A stretch of DNA of 64,000 bases from Armatimonadota bacterium (GTDB lineage Bacteria > Armatimonadota > UBA10988): assembly GCA_016235455.1 (NCBI GenBank), contig JACRKZ010000067.1:32001-96000 (forward strand), written 5' to 3'. A program made the position numbers and the translations under genes. A model generated the notes under the pieces. The model did not search any database. It was not told where the DNA came from and worked only from the letters and a program-made list of their open reading frames with translations. Within the stretch, counting starts at the first letter, position 1; every line of letters starts with the position of its first letter. This document shows, in pieces, positions 53,968 to 63,998 of the stretch.

Positions 53968-55590
53968 GTGACGAAGTACGTGTTCATCACCGGCGGCGTC
54001 GTTTCCAGCATCGGCAAGGGCATCAGCGCGGCGAGCTTGGGCCGGTTGCTGAAGGCGCGCGGGCTACGCGTCAGCGTGCTCAAGATGGACCCGTACATCA
54101 ACGTCGACGCGGGCACCATGAACCCCTTCCAGCATGGCGAGTGCTTCGTCACCGACGATGGCGCGGAGACCGATCTGGACCTGGGGCACTACGAGCGCTT
54201 CCTGGATATCAACGTCACGCGCCACGCCAACATCACCACGGGGCAGGTCTACGGCTCGGTGATCGAGAAGGAGCGTGACGGCAACTTCTACCGTGGCGGC
54301 ACGGTGCAGGTCATCCCGCACATCACCGACGAGATCAAGGAGCGCATCCGCCTGAGCGCCGAGCGCTCACAGGCCGACGTGGCGCTGATCGAGGTCGGCG
54401 GCACCGTGGGTGACATCGAGGGTATGCCGTTCCTGGAGGCCATCCGCCAATTCCGCCGCGAGCTGCCGCCCGACGCAACGTTGGGCGTGCATGTCACGCT
54501 GGTGCCGGGCGTGGGGCCGCAAGAAGAGATCAAGACCAAGCCCACGCAGCATTCGGTGCGCGAACTGCGCAATGCCGGCCTGCACTGCGACCTGCTCGTG
54601 GCCCGCACCAAGTACAGACTGACCGACGACCACCGCGCCAAGATCTCGCTGTTTTGCGATATCCCGCCCGAGGCGGTGATCTCCGCGCCCGACGCGCCGT
54701 CCATCTACGATGTGCCCATGACTTTCGAGGCCCAGGGCGTGGCCGAGCTGGTCTGCAAGCGGCTGAACTTGACCACGTCCGAGCCCGACCTGCGCGACTG
54801 GGAGTCGTTGGTGTCGCGCGTGCACAACCGCAAGGGCGAAGTCACCATCGCCATGGTGCCCAAGTACCAGGAGCAGGGCGTCGACACCTACCTGAGTGTG
54901 GTTGAAGCCATCACCCATGGCGCGCTGCACCACGGTGTGAAGGTCAACCTGCGCTGGGTCTATGCCCGCGAGACCGACCCCGCCGACATGCCCGCGGCGC
55001 TGGAGGGCGTGCACGGCGTGCTGGTGCCCGGTGGCTTCGGCGAGGCCGGCATCGAGTCCAAGATCGCCGCCATCCGCTGGGCGCGTGAGAACAACGTCCC
55101 GTTCCTGGGCCTGTGCCTGGGTCTGCAGTGCGCGGTCATCGAGTTCGCGCGTAACGTCTGTGGGCTTGAGGGCGCCAACACCACCGAGGTCAACAAGCAG
55201 TCGCCGCATCCGGTCATCGCCATGCTCGACGAGCAGCGCGGTGTGCGCGACCTGGGCGGCACCATGCGCCTGGGCGCGCAGGAGTGCTACGTCTGCCCCG
55301 ACACGCTGGCCCGCCGGGTCTACGACGCCGAAGTGGTCTGGGAGCGCCATCGCCACCGCTACGAAGTCAACAACGAGTACCGCAAGCAGCTCGGCGAGGC
55401 CGGCCTGCGCTTCTGTGGCATCTCGCCCAACGGCCTGCTGGTGGAGATGATCGAACTGCCCGACCACCCGTTCTTCCTGGCCAGCCAGTTCCATCCCGAG
55501 TTCAAGTCGCGGCCGACCAGCCCGCACCCCATGTTCCGCGGCTTCGTCGAGGCCGCCGCCAAGCACGCGGGGCTACCTGCCGGCGCGTGA
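53968..55590 (+). CDS. pyrG: CTP synthase
   Basis: TKYVFITGGVVSSIGKG, DPYINVD.GTM, ETDLDLGHYERF, KTKPTQHSV, GLCLG, RHRHRYE, QFHPE. Confidence 0.98.
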   Translation: MTKYVFITGGVVSSIGKGISAASLGRLLKARGLRVSVLKMDPYINVDAGTMNPFQHGECFVTDDGAETDLDLGHYERFLDINVTRHANITTGQVYGSVIEKERDGNFYRGGTVQVIPHITDEIKERIRLSAERSQADVALIEVGGTVGDIEGMPFLEAIRQFRRELPPDATLGVHVTLVPGVGPQEEIKTKPTQHSVRELRNAGLHCDLLVARTKYRLTDDHRAKISLFCDIPPEAVISAPDAPSIYDVPMTFEAQGVAELVCKRLNLTTSEPDLRDWESLVSRVHNRKGEVTIAMVPKYQEQGVDTYLSVVEAITHGALHHGVKVNLRWVYARETDPADMPAALEGVHGVLVPGGFGEAGIESKIAAIRWARENNVPFLGLCLGLQCAVIEFARNVCGLEGANTTEVNKQSPHPVIAMLDEQRGVRDLGGTMRLGAQECYVCPDTLARRVYDAEVVWERHRHRYEVNNEYRKQLGEAGLRFCGISPNGLLVEMIELPDHPFFLASQFHPEFKSRPTSPHPMFRGFVEAAAKHAGLPAGA

Positions 55591-55603
55591 CCAGGCATTT
55601 GAG

Positions 55604-55690
55604 CACACAGATTGCGCAGATTACACAGATTGCCGGGGACGGGCTCCAGAGCCCCAGACCACCCCACCTCGTCTGCGTAATCTGTGGATG
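55604..55690. repeat. Nonamer (CAGATTACG-type) inverted-repeat element, copy 1
   Basis: CACAGATTGCGCAGATTACACAGATT ... TCTGCGTAATCTGTGGATG. Confidence 0.8.
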
Positions 55691-55719
55691 GTTAGCCGTT
55701 CCTCCGATTGGACGAGTGT

Positions 55720-58029
55720 ATGCCCAGCGTTCTAGATGGTCTGAACCCCGAGCAGCGTGAAGCCGCGAGCCATGTGACGGGACCGTGTCTGGTCTTCGCC
55801 GGCGCGGGTTCGGGCAAGACGCGCATGTTGACACACCGCATCGCGCACCTGATCAACGAGTGCGATGTGGCGCCGTGGCATGTGCTGGCCGTCACCTTCA
55901 CCAACAAGGCCGCCGCCGAGATGCGCAGCCGTGTGGAGGAACTGGTCGGCGACCGCGCCAAGCGGCTCTGGATGGGCACCTTCCACAGCATCTGCGTGCG
56001 GCTGCTGCGCGAGTTCCACGAGGCGGCCGGGCTGGAACGCAGCTTCTCCATCTTCGACGAGGACGACCGCTCGGCGCTCATCCGGCGCATCGTCAAGGGC
56101 ATGGACCTGGACCCGCAGCGCTTCCCGCCGAACCAGTTCGGTTACAAGATCAGCGACTACAAGAACGAGATGCTCGACTTCGCGGCCGCGTCGGCCAAGT
56201 TCGGCGGCCCCACGGCCATGCCGCCGACCAAGGTGGCGCTGCGCGTCTATGAGCAGTATGAGCAGTCGCTCCGAACCCAGAACGCGATGGACTTCGACGA
56301 CCTGATCCTGCGCGCGGTGCATCTCGTGGAGCGCAATGAGGATGTGCGCGCCAAGCTGGTGGAGCGCTTCCGGTTCGTCATGGTCGACGAGTACCAGGAC
56401 ATCAACATGGCCCAGTACCGGTTGGTGACCGCGCTCACCCGCGACCACCGCAACCTGTGCGTGGTGGGCGACGACGACCAGAGCATCTATGGCTGGCGTG
56501 GGGCGCGCGTGGAGATCATCCTGCGCTTCGAGGACGACTTCCCCGAGGCCAAGGTGGTCAAGCTGGAGCGCAACTACCGCTCGACCGCCGCCGTGCTGGG
56601 CGTGGCCAATGCCGTCATCTCCAACAACACCGGGCGGCGCGAAAAGAAGCTGCGGCCGATGGTGCCCGGCGGCGAGCTGGTGCGGCTGCATGTGGCCCAG
56701 AACGCGCAGGACGAGGCCTTCTATGTGGCCGACCTGATCACCGGCGCCGTGCGCCGCGGTGAGCGCAAGTACGGCCAGTTCGCCGTGCTCTACCGCACCA
56801 ACGCGCAGTCGCGGACCTTCGAGCAGTCCTTCACCACGCTGCACATCCCCTACCGCATGGTCGGTGGCGTACGCTTCTACGAGCGCAAGGAGGTGCGCGA
56901 CCTGATCGCCTACCTGCGCGCGTTGTTCAACCCGACCGACGATGTCAGCCTGGGCCGCATCATCAACGTGCCCACACGCGGTATCGGCGACAAGACGGTG
57001 CAGGTGGTCGCCGAGCGCGCGGCCGAGCGCGGGCTCAGCCATCGCCTGGCCATCGCCTCGCTGGTCGAGGACGACGACTCCACGCTGGGAGCCGCGGCCA
57101 AGCGTAAGCTGCTCGACTTCCACCGGATCATGGAATGGCTCGGCGGCAAGGTCGACACCATGCCCGTGGGCGAACTGATCGCCGCCATCCTGCTGCAGAC
57201 CGGTTACAAGGACGCGCTGTTCGCCGAGGAGACCGTCGAGGCGTCGGCCCGGCTGGAGAACCTGGACCAGCTGATCGTGGCCGCCGAGGAGATGACCGAG
57301 GAGCCCGGCCGTGAGGGCCTGGAGCAGTTCCTCGAGCGCGTGGCGCTGGTCTCCGACCTGGACAACCTCGACGAGGCCAACGACAGCGTGGTGCTGATGA
57401 CCCTGCACAGCGCCAAGGGCCTGGAGTTCCCCGTGGTCTTCCTGGTCGGGCTGGAGGAAGGGCTGTTCCCGCACGGCCGGTCGCTGGAATCGCCCGAAGC
57501 CATTGAGGAGGAGCGCCGGCTCTGCTACGTGGGCATGACCCGCGCCAAGGAGCAGCTCTATCTGACCCGCGCCTACATGCGCGCGGCACCGTGGCTGGGC
57601 CGCAGCCAGGAGGCCGACCTGCGCACCACGCCGTCGCGCTTCCTGCGCGAGGTGCCGGCCGAGATGCTCGACGGCCGCGACGTGCCCGTGCCCGGCCGCA
57701 CCGTGGGCATGGCCGATCAGGGCGCCGGCCGGCGCGACCTGGGCCTGACCACCATGCTCTCGCGCGACCGGCGACTGGCGGTACCGAGCACCCCGGCCAC
57801 GCCGAGCACGCCCGCGGTCAGCGCCACGGTGCAGGCCAAGGTGTCGGCCATCACCCCGCCCGACGCGCTGTACAAGGCGGGCGAGAAGGTCAGCCACGGC
57901 ACGTTCGGCCGGGGCATCGTGGTGAGCTGCACCGGCGGCACCGATGCCTCGGTGACCGTGGCCTTCGAGAACTCTCAGCACGGCGTCAAGAAGCTGCTCG
58001 TCGAGTACGCCAAGCTGGAGCGGATCTGA
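55720..58029 (+). CDS. pcrA: ATP-dependent DNA helicase PcrA/UvrD
   Basis: AGAGSGKT, TFTNKAA, GTFHS, VDEYQD, VGDDDQSIY, NYRS, LYRTNAQSR, TLHSAKGLEF, EERRLCYVGMTRA, C-terminal Tudor-like domain. Confidence 0.96.
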   Translation: MPSVLDGLNPEQREAASHVTGPCLVFAGAGSGKTRMLTHRIAHLINECDVAPWHVLAVTFTNKAAAEMRSRVEELVGDRAKRLWMGTFHSICVRLLREFHEAAGLERSFSIFDEDDRSALIRRIVKGMDLDPQRFPPNQFGYKISDYKNEMLDFAAASAKFGGPTAMPPTKVALRVYEQYEQSLRTQNAMDFDDLILRAVHLVERNEDVRAKLVERFRFVMVDEYQDINMAQYRLVTALTRDHRNLCVVGDDDQSIYGWRGARVEIILRFEDDFPEAKVVKLERNYRSTAAVLGVANAVISNNTGRREKKLRPMVPGGELVRLHVAQNAQDEAFYVADLITGAVRRGERKYGQFAVLYRTNAQSRTFEQSFTTLHIPYRMVGGVRFYERKEVRDLIAYLRALFNPTDDVSLGRIINVPTRGIGDKTVQVVAERAAERGLSHRLAIASLVEDDDSTLGAAAKRKLLDFHRIMEWLGGKVDTMPVGELIAAILLQTGYKDALFAEETVEASARLENLDQLIVAAEEMTEEPGREGLEQFLERVALVSDLDNLDEANDSVVLMTLHSAKGLEFPVVFLVGLEEGLFPHGRSLESPEAIEEERRLCYVGMTRAKEQLYLTRAYMRAAPWLGRSQEADLRTTPSRFLREVPAEMLDGRDVPVPGRTVGMADQGAGRRDLGLTTMLSRDRRLAVPSTPATPSTPAVSATVQAKVSAITPPDALYKAGEKVSHGTFGRGIVVSCTGGTDASVTVAFENSQHGVKKLLVEYAKLERI

Positions 58030-58044
58030 GGCTCACGCCCTCTG

Positions 58045-58125
58045 ATCATCCACAGATTACGCAGATTACGCAGATTGCGGCAATCAGGTTGCTCATCTGC
58101 GTAATCTGCGCAATCTGTGGATGAT
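58045..58125. repeat. Nonamer inverted-repeat element, copy 2
   Basis: ATCATCCACAGATTACGCAGATTACGCAGATT ... ATCTGCGTAATCTGCGCAATCTGTGGATGAT. Confidence 0.88.
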
Positions 58126-58127
58126 TG

Positions 58128-59747
58128 CTAGAACAGGCTGACGCCCGTCATCTCCGCCGGTTGCGGCAGGCCGAGCATCTTGAGCAGCGTGGGCGCGACA
58201 TCGCCCAGGCAGCCACCTTCGCGCAGCTCGGTGCCGACCAGCGCGTCATCCATGATCAGCGCCGGCGTCAGGTTGTAGGTGGTGTGCTGCGTGTGCGGCA
58301 CGAGCAGCGAGTAGTCCAGCGTGCCATCGGGCTTGCGGACCATGTCATACGCGATCATCTCTTCGCTGTTGCCGTGGTCGGCGGTGATGAGCGCGCGGCC
58401 GCCCAGCTCGCGGACCTTGGCCAGCACTCGGCCCAGGCAGGTGTCGACCGCCTCGCAGGCCTTCACGGCAGCTTCGAGGATACCCGTATGGCCGACCATG
58501 TCGGGGTTGGCGAAGTTGACCACGGCCAGGTCGAAGCGCTCGATGTTGTCGACAATGGCGCCGGCCAGCTTGAACGCGCTCATCTCGGGCTGCAGGTCGT
58601 AGGTGGCCACCAGCGGCGACTTGACCAGGATGCGCTCCTCGCCCGGATACGGCTGCTCGAACTGGTTGTTGAGGAAGAACGTGACGTGCGCGTACTTCTC
58701 GGTCTCCGCCGCGCGCAGTTGCGACAGGCCCGCGGCCGAGACCACTTCACCCAGGATGTTCCGGGGGCGTTCGCGCTTGAAGGCAAACGGGATGGTCAGC
58801 GCCGCCTCGTACTGGCACATGGTGGCCAGCGTCATGTCCAGCTTGCCGCCGGTGGGGAACTCGTCGAATTCGGGCCGGTGCAGCGGGTAGAGGATCTGTC
58901 GCGGGCGGTCGCCGCGGAAGTTGAAGACGATCAGCGCGTCGCCATCGCGGAAGCGCGGCGCCGGCTGGCCATCGGCCCCGGTGATCAGCCGCGGCTTCAT
59001 GAACTCGTCGTATTCCTTGGTATCGCCGGTGGCGTAGGCCGCTTCGATGGCCGCCGTGGCGGTGGGGAAGGTCTGGAACTCGATGTCGGCCAGGTCGCCG
59101 GTGGTCTGGCGGTTCTCGCCGTGGACCAGGGCGTCGTAAGCCAACTGCGTGCGCGCCCAGCGCTTGTCGCGGTCCATGGCCCAGTAGCGGCCCATGACCG
59201 TGGCGATGCGGCCCCAGCCGGTCTCGGCGATGTGCTTCTCGACGACCTGCACGAAACCCAGGCCGGAGCGCGGGTCGGTGTCACGGCCGTCCATGACCGC
59301 ATGGAACAGCACCTGCTCGGGTTTGAGCCCGGCCCGGCGACCCAGGTCGATGAGCGCGAGGTAGTGCTTCTCGGAGCTGTGCACGCCGCCGTCGGAGGTC
59401 AGGCCCATGAGGTGCAGGTTGCCACCCGACTGCTTGACCCGCTCCACCGCCGCGACGAACGCGGGCTTGTCAAAGAAGCTACCGTCGTCGATGGCTTTGT
59501 CGATGAACAGGATCTCCTGGAACACGGTGCGCCCGGCGCCCAGGTTCTCGTGGCCGACCTCGCTGTTGCCCATCAGCCCTTCGCGCAGGCCGACAGACTC
59601 GCCCTGGCACCGCAGCAGCGTGTGCGGGTACTTGGCGGTCAGCGCATCCCAGTTGGGCGTGCGCGCCAGCCGGATGGCGTTGGCGTAGCTGTGCGGGTTG
59701 TAGCCCCAGCCGTCCAGGATGCACAAAAGCAGCGGTTGCTTGGCCAT
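58128..59747 (-). CDS. gpmI: 2,3-bisphosphoglycerate-independent phosphoglycerate mutase
   Basis: ILDGWG, MGNSEVGH, SDGGVHS, DGRD, GRYWAMDRD, NFRGDR, AETEKYAHVT, ANPDMVGH, TADHGN. Confidence 0.98.
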   Translation of the reverse strand: MAKQPLLLCILDGWGYNPHSYANAIRLARTPNWDALTAKYPHTLLRCQGESVGLREGLMGNSEVGHENLGAGRTVFQEILFIDKAIDDGSFFDKPAFVAAVERVKQSGGNLHLMGLTSDGGVHSSEKHYLALIDLGRRAGLKPEQVLFHAVMDGRDTDPRSGLGFVQVVEKHIAETGWGRIATVMGRYWAMDRDKRWARTQLAYDALVHGENRQTTGDLADIEFQTFPTATAAIEAAYATGDTKEYDEFMKPRLITGADGQPAPRFRDGDALIVFNFRGDRPRQILYPLHRPEFDEFPTGGKLDMTLATMCQYEAALTIPFAFKRERPRNILGEVVSAAGLSQLRAAETEKYAHVTFFLNNQFEQPYPGEERILVKSPLVATYDLQPEMSAFKLAGAIVDNIERFDLAVVNFANPDMVGHTGILEAAVKACEAVDTCLGRVLAKVRELGGRALITADHGNSEEMIAYDMVRKPDGTLDYSLLVPHTQHTTYNLTPALIMDDALVGTELREGGCLGDVAPTLLKMLGLPQPAEMTGVSLF

Positions 59748-59769
59748 TTGACGTCCTTCTTGGGCTGGT

Positions 59770-59797
59770 AGCGTAGCATGGGGCGGTTGGGTGTCAA
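59770..59797 (-). promoter_or_regulatory. Sigma-70 promoter for gpmI
   Basis: TTGACA-N16-TACGCT with extended TG. Confidence 0.6.
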
Positions 59798-59854
59798 GGA
59801 TTCCGCCCGGCGGCGCCGGCCCCTGGGGTCATTGTGAGGCGAGGTGGGCAACGG

Positions 59855-60937
59855 TCAGGCTGGCGGCGCGGTGGGTAGGCCGTGCTCGGCCATCAGCCGG
59901 CGCCATTCGTTGCGTGCGTCGAGCCGTCGAATGCCGCACAGTGCCGCGAAGTGCGGCCAGACCTCGGGAGGATGGCCGATGGCGCTGCGGCACAGCAACT
60001 GCCAGCCGGCCTCTTGGCGGCCGGCGTGGTAGACGGCCCACGACCAGACCACCTCGGCCAGCCAGCATCCCTCATCGAGCGCCAAGGCCTGCCGGGCCTG
60101 GTCGATGGCAGCGTCGTATTGTTTCAGAATAAGCAGCGACCACGCCCAGTTGGCGTGCGACCAGGCATAGTCGGGCCGCGCCGCGCAGTCCTCATCGAAG
60201 TGGGCGATGGCCTCCACTTGGCGGCGCAGCGCGCTGAGCGCCATGCCCCAGTAACCGTGCCCACCATGCACCAGCGGCCCGAGCCGGGCAGCGGCCTCGA
60301 ACTGGGCAACGGCCTCTTCGTGCAGGTTCCATTGGCCCAACACGATGGCCCGGAACTCCCGAACGTGCACGCTTTCGCTGCCGGATGGCAGCAACTCGTC
60401 GAGCAGCCGCCGTGATTCGGGTGTCTCGCCTGCCTGGCTCAGCGCGCCAGCCATCTCGTTCCACAGGAACGTGGCCTTGGGCAGCAACGCGATGACTGTC
60501 GGGTAGTGCCGGGCGGCAGCGAGATACTCACCCGCGCCCACCAACGACAAGGCCCACAACCTACGGATGGCACCGTTCTGGGGCTCAGCGGCGGCAGCCC
60601 TCTCGAACAGGGCCACCGCGCGAGGGTAGTCTCCCGCCTGGCGCATGCATTCCGCCCAACCGTCACCCATCGGTTCTTCGTCTGGAACGTGCTGCTCGCG
60701 CCATGCGTTGGCCCGGTCGAGCAGGCCCGTGGCTCGCTCGCGGCTCTCATCGTCGCCTTCGCGGATCATCAGACCGGCTTCGGCGAGCAGGCGGTAGTCC
60801 TCGTCGCCCGCGGCCGACGCCTGAGTAAGCATCGCCCACAGGTGGTGCTCGCACGCCTCACCATCCACCGACCACAGGCGCAGCGCCTCGTTGAAGACCT
60901 TCCACATCGCCGCCACGCGCTCGGCCCGCTCCGCCAT
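59855..60937 (-). CDS. Tetratricopeptide repeat protein
   Basis: RBS GGAGG; repeated AxxxFExA..P / G..L..L..EA TPR patterns. Confidence 0.75.
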   Translation of the reverse strand: MAERAERVAAMWKVFNEALRLWSVDGEACEHHLWAMLTQASAAGDEDYRLLAEAGLMIREGDDESRERATGLLDRANAWREQHVPDEEPMGDGWAECMRQAGDYPRAVALFERAAAAEPQNGAIRRLWALSLVGAGEYLAAARHYPTVIALLPKATFLWNEMAGALSQAGETPESRRLLDELLPSGSESVHVREFRAIVLGQWNLHEEAVAQFEAAARLGPLVHGGHGYWGMALSALRRQVEAIAHFDEDCAARPDYAWSHANWAWSLLILKQYDAAIDQARQALALDEGCWLAEVVWSWAVYHAGRQEAGWQLLCRSAIGHPPEVWPHFAALCGIRRLDARNEWRRLMAEHGLPTAPPA

Positions 60938-61148
60938 GCCCGACCCCTCCTGCCTGGGCCAAACATAGCACACGCGAACCACCACAACCACCCGACGGCG
61001 CCCTACCGGCCCAGGCGAGTCGCGCACTGGTCTGGGTACATTCGGGCGGATATGGAGCGGTTTGGCCGAACCTGTGCCAAACTGTTGTTTGAGGCCTGCG
61101 CGTGCGCGACGTTTGACGACCGTTGGGACACTCCCCGGAGTACGATCA

Positions 61149-61304
61149 ATGGACAAGCATGTCAAGCAAGCCAACTGCCCCAAGGGCGGGCCGCACCGCT
61201 GGGTCACCACCACCGCCGCCGGCACCATGAGCTGCGACAAGTGTGGCAAGAAGAAGCAGGTCAGCACCAAGGGCACGCGCAAGCCCGTCGCCGACCCCGA
61301 GTAG
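61149..61304 (+). CDS. Small basic putative Zn-ribbon protein (51 aa)
   Basis: RBS GGAG; MDKHVKQANCPKGGPHRW...SCDKCGKKK; GC-rich third positions. Confidence 0.6.
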   Translation: MDKHVKQANCPKGGPHRWVTTTAAGTMSCDKCGKKKQVSTKGTRKPVADPE

Positions 61305-61377
61305 CGTCCAACCCGGATTCGTGTACACGGTAGCGCCACGGGCAAGGTAGAACCAGCAGCATCCCCGGAGTCTGGTT

Positions 61378-63012
61378 GTGGCCAAGTCGCTGTGTCGCCT
61401 CGTCGTGTCACTGGCCGTGCTGACAGCGTGCTCGGCGCCGTCGGCTGATGCCTACCCCGTTGCCTACGCCCTCAGCCTGAGCGACCTGACCGCCAAGGCT
61501 GACGTCGTGGCCAAGGTCGAGGTCGTCAGCGGCGCGGCCGTTGCCGACCCGTGGTTCACGCCGGTCGGCGGTTTCGTCGCGCGCGCGACCACCATGCGTC
61601 CCATCGCCTGTTACCGCGGCGGCCCGCTGCCCGAGCGCTTCACCTTCCGCCACTACGCGCCGGCCGCCGAGAGCGGGCCGATGATGTACATGCCGCAGTG
61701 GTACAAGTTTGCCGACGCGCGCTGCTACCTGGTCTGGGCCGCCAGGACCGACCAGCCCGGCGTACTTAGGCAGATGGAGAAGGGCCATCGCACCCAGGAG
61801 GATCAGGGCGTCGTGCTGTGCGCCGATGCCGATCCGCACCTTGGCCTGAGCGTCGACCGCGTCGTTCTGGCCGAACTCACCGGCCTGCTGCGTGGCCGCG
61901 AGGTCGCCGACGTGCTCTATGGGCTGGACCACCTCGACGAGTTCACCAGCAAGTCGCGCGACGGTAAGCCTGACTTCGTCCTGGGTGACGCTCTGCCCGC
62001 GGTGCTGCCGCTCATCCGCGATGCGCGCGACGATGTGGCCAAGCGCGCCATCACCTTCATCGGCGGGCACAACCCCTACCTCTCGCCCGGCGATGCCACC
62101 TTCTGGCTGGCCTCGGTGGCGGGCGCCAACCTGCCGGGTCTCGGCCCACGCGACCTGACCGCGGCCAACGCCGCCGGCCAGGCCTACTGGCGCCAGTTGG
62201 CCGCGGTGGCCGACAGCCGGCGCGGCGCGACGGTGCGCGCGGCCGCCATCCGGGCGCTAGGCCACGCCAAGGTGCCCGAGCTGGCACCCCTGGCCCGCCG
62301 CTGGGCCGCCGACGCCGATCCGACCGTCCGCGCCGCGGCAGCGGTGCTGTTGGCCGACTATCCCGACCAGGTGCCGCTGCTGCGCACGCTGACCAGCGAC
62401 AAGCAGGCCGCCGTGCGCGCCGGCGCGGCGCAGGCGGTCGGCTTCGGCCAGATGACCGCGCTGCTGCCCGAGCTGGCACGGCTGCTGGACGACCCCGAGA
62501 CGTCGGTGAGTTCGGCCGCCGCGGCCAGCCTGCTGTCGTTCCCGCTGACCGCCAGCCGGACGATACTCACCGCGCGGGCCGGCCAGGCGCAGTGGGGCTG
62601 CCTGTTCGTCAATGCGCTGGCCAAGGAGGAGCCGGGCCGGTACCTGACGCAGCTCGCCCAGATCGTGCGCACCGGTCCGCAGCCCGAGGGCTGGTGGGGC
62701 GGCCGCATCCCCTGGGGCGAGAGCTGGGACATCCTCTTCGCGTATACCAAGCGGCAGGACGAGGACGTGCTGCGCCTCGGTGGGCTGGACGAGGTGCTCG
62801 ACGCGCTCGAGTCACCCGCCCGGCCGGCCGGCGCAGCGCCCAGCTACTACAGCTCCTCGGAGCCGCGCGACCTGTATGCGCTGTACGTGCAGCGCGGGCT
62901 CACCGCGCGCGCCAAGGCGTTCAGAGAGCGCTGCGTCAAGGCCATGAGCTATGACATCGACCAGTACTTCCGGCAGGTCGATGCGAATCCGGGGCTGTAC
63001 CGGCGGGAGTAG
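61378..63012 (+). CDS. Exported HEAT-repeat protein (possible lipoprotein)
   Basis: Signal with LTAC lipobox-like motif; SLSDLTAKADVV; VRAAAIRALG, D.DPTVRAAAA repeats. Confidence 0.7.
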   Translation: MAKSLCRLVVSLAVLTACSAPSADAYPVAYALSLSDLTAKADVVAKVEVVSGAAVADPWFTPVGGFVARATTMRPIACYRGGPLPERFTFRHYAPAAESGPMMYMPQWYKFADARCYLVWAARTDQPGVLRQMEKGHRTQEDQGVVLCADADPHLGLSVDRVVLAELTGLLRGREVADVLYGLDHLDEFTSKSRDGKPDFVLGDALPAVLPLIRDARDDVAKRAITFIGGHNPYLSPGDATFWLASVAGANLPGLGPRDLTAANAAGQAYWRQLAAVADSRRGATVRAAAIRALGHAKVPELAPLARRWAADADPTVRAAAAVLLADYPDQVPLLRTLTSDKQAAVRAGAAQAVGFGQMTALLPELARLLDDPETSVSSAAAASLLSFPLTASRTILTARAGQAQWGCLFVNALAKEEPGRYLTQLAQIVRTGPQPEGWWGGRIPWGESWDILFAYTKRQDEDVLRLGGLDEVLDALESPARPAGAAPSYYSSSEPRDLYALYVQRGLTARAKAFRERCVKAMSYDIDQYFRQVDANPGLYRRE

Positions 63013-63014
63013 CG

Positions 63015-63563
63015 TCAGGGCAGCGCTCGCAGCCGCTCGATGGCCTGTTCGGCCCAGGCCAGCTCGGCCACAAGATGCGCCTTGCCGCTGTCCAGCGTGA
63101 GCTGCCAGAACAGCCTCATGCGCTCGGTGCCCAGGCTAGCATAGCGCCCGGCCACGTTGTCCTGCACCTCACCGCTGAGATGCGCCAGCGCGTCGCGCAT
63201 CTGGGCCACATGCTGCTCGAACAGGGCGATGATCTCCTCGTTGGGCAGGTGATGGGCGAAGAACACCTGCACCAGCCAGGCGCTGCGGCCGTGGGGCCCC
63301 GTCGGCGGCGAGGCCAGCCAGGCACGCAGGTCGGCCAGGCCGGCCTCGGTCAAGTGGTAGACCTTGCGGTCGGGCAGGTCGGTCTGCGGCACCACCTCCA
63401 CGCGCAGCAGGCCCTCGTCGGCCATGTCGCGCAGCGTGCGGTAGATCTGGCTCTGGGTGGCCGGCCAGAAGTTGCGCACCGAGTCATCGAACATCTTCTT
63501 CAGGTCGTAGCCGGTCATCGGCCCGTACGACAGGAAGCCCTGGATGGCATGTGCCAGCGACAC
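63015..63563 (-). CDS. PadR family transcriptional regulator (AphA-like C-terminal domain)
   Basis: SL.HAI.GFL..PMTGYDLKK.F..FW.A.QSQIY, PDRKVY.LT.AG, E.AW. Confidence 0.93.
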   Translation of the reverse strand: MSLAHAIQGFLSYGPMTGYDLKKMFDDSVRNFWPATQSQIYRTLRDMADEGLLRVEVVPQTDLPDRKVYHLTEAGLADLRAWLASPPTGPHGRSAWLVQVFFAHHLPNEEIIALFEQHVAQMRDALAHLSGEVQDNVAGRYASLGTERMRLFWQLTLDSGKAHLVAELAWAEQAIERLRALP

Positions 63564-63581
63564 AGCGAACTCCTCTCGGCC

Positions 63582-63998
63582 TCAGCCCTGCTCCACCGCG
63601 CGCTGGTGGCCCTTGACCATCTCGGCCCGCATGCGGTTCTGGATCTCCGTGCGCACCCGAGCGCTGCGGGTCAGCAGCATCATGACCGCGTTCAGCGCGC
63701 GCGTCTTCCAGTCGCGCTGCGGGAAGTCATAGTAGCCCAGTCGCCGGTAGGCGCGATGGTCGGCCTGGAAAACCCAGCGCAGCCGACCAAAGACCTCGTC
63801 GCGGAACAGCTTGTGAGCCGCGACGCCCAGGAACGTCTTGGGCTGCACCCAACTGTCGGCCGCTGCCTGCGCCAGGCGCTGCGCCACGCTGTCCAGCAAG
63901 CCGTCCAGGCCGTCGTTCTCATCGGAGACGATGTCGACCAGGTTGGCCTGCTGCAACTGCACCCAGGCCTCGAGCTGCTCGCGCAAACCGGGCAGATG
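63582..63998 (-). CDS. C-terminal part of a probable flavodoxin-like NAD(P)H-dependent oxidoreductase (5' end outside the window)
   Basis: QPKTFLGVAAHKLFRD..FQADHRAY..GYYDFPQ, recalled as the tail of that family; upstream of padR. Confidence 0.55.
   Translation of the reverse strand, partial: HLPGLREQLEAWVQLQQANLVDIVSDENDGLDGLLDSVAQRLAQAAADSWVQPKTFLGVAAHKLFRDEVFGRLRWVFQADHRAYRRLGYYDFPQRDWKTRALNAVMMLLTRSARVRTEIQNRMRAEMVKGHQRAVEQG

Noticed and set aside
55604-58125. CRISPR array or composite transposon around pcrA
   Set aside because: Units are 9-bp tandem repeats without unique spacers; no cas gene or transposase; each copy is its own inverted repeat
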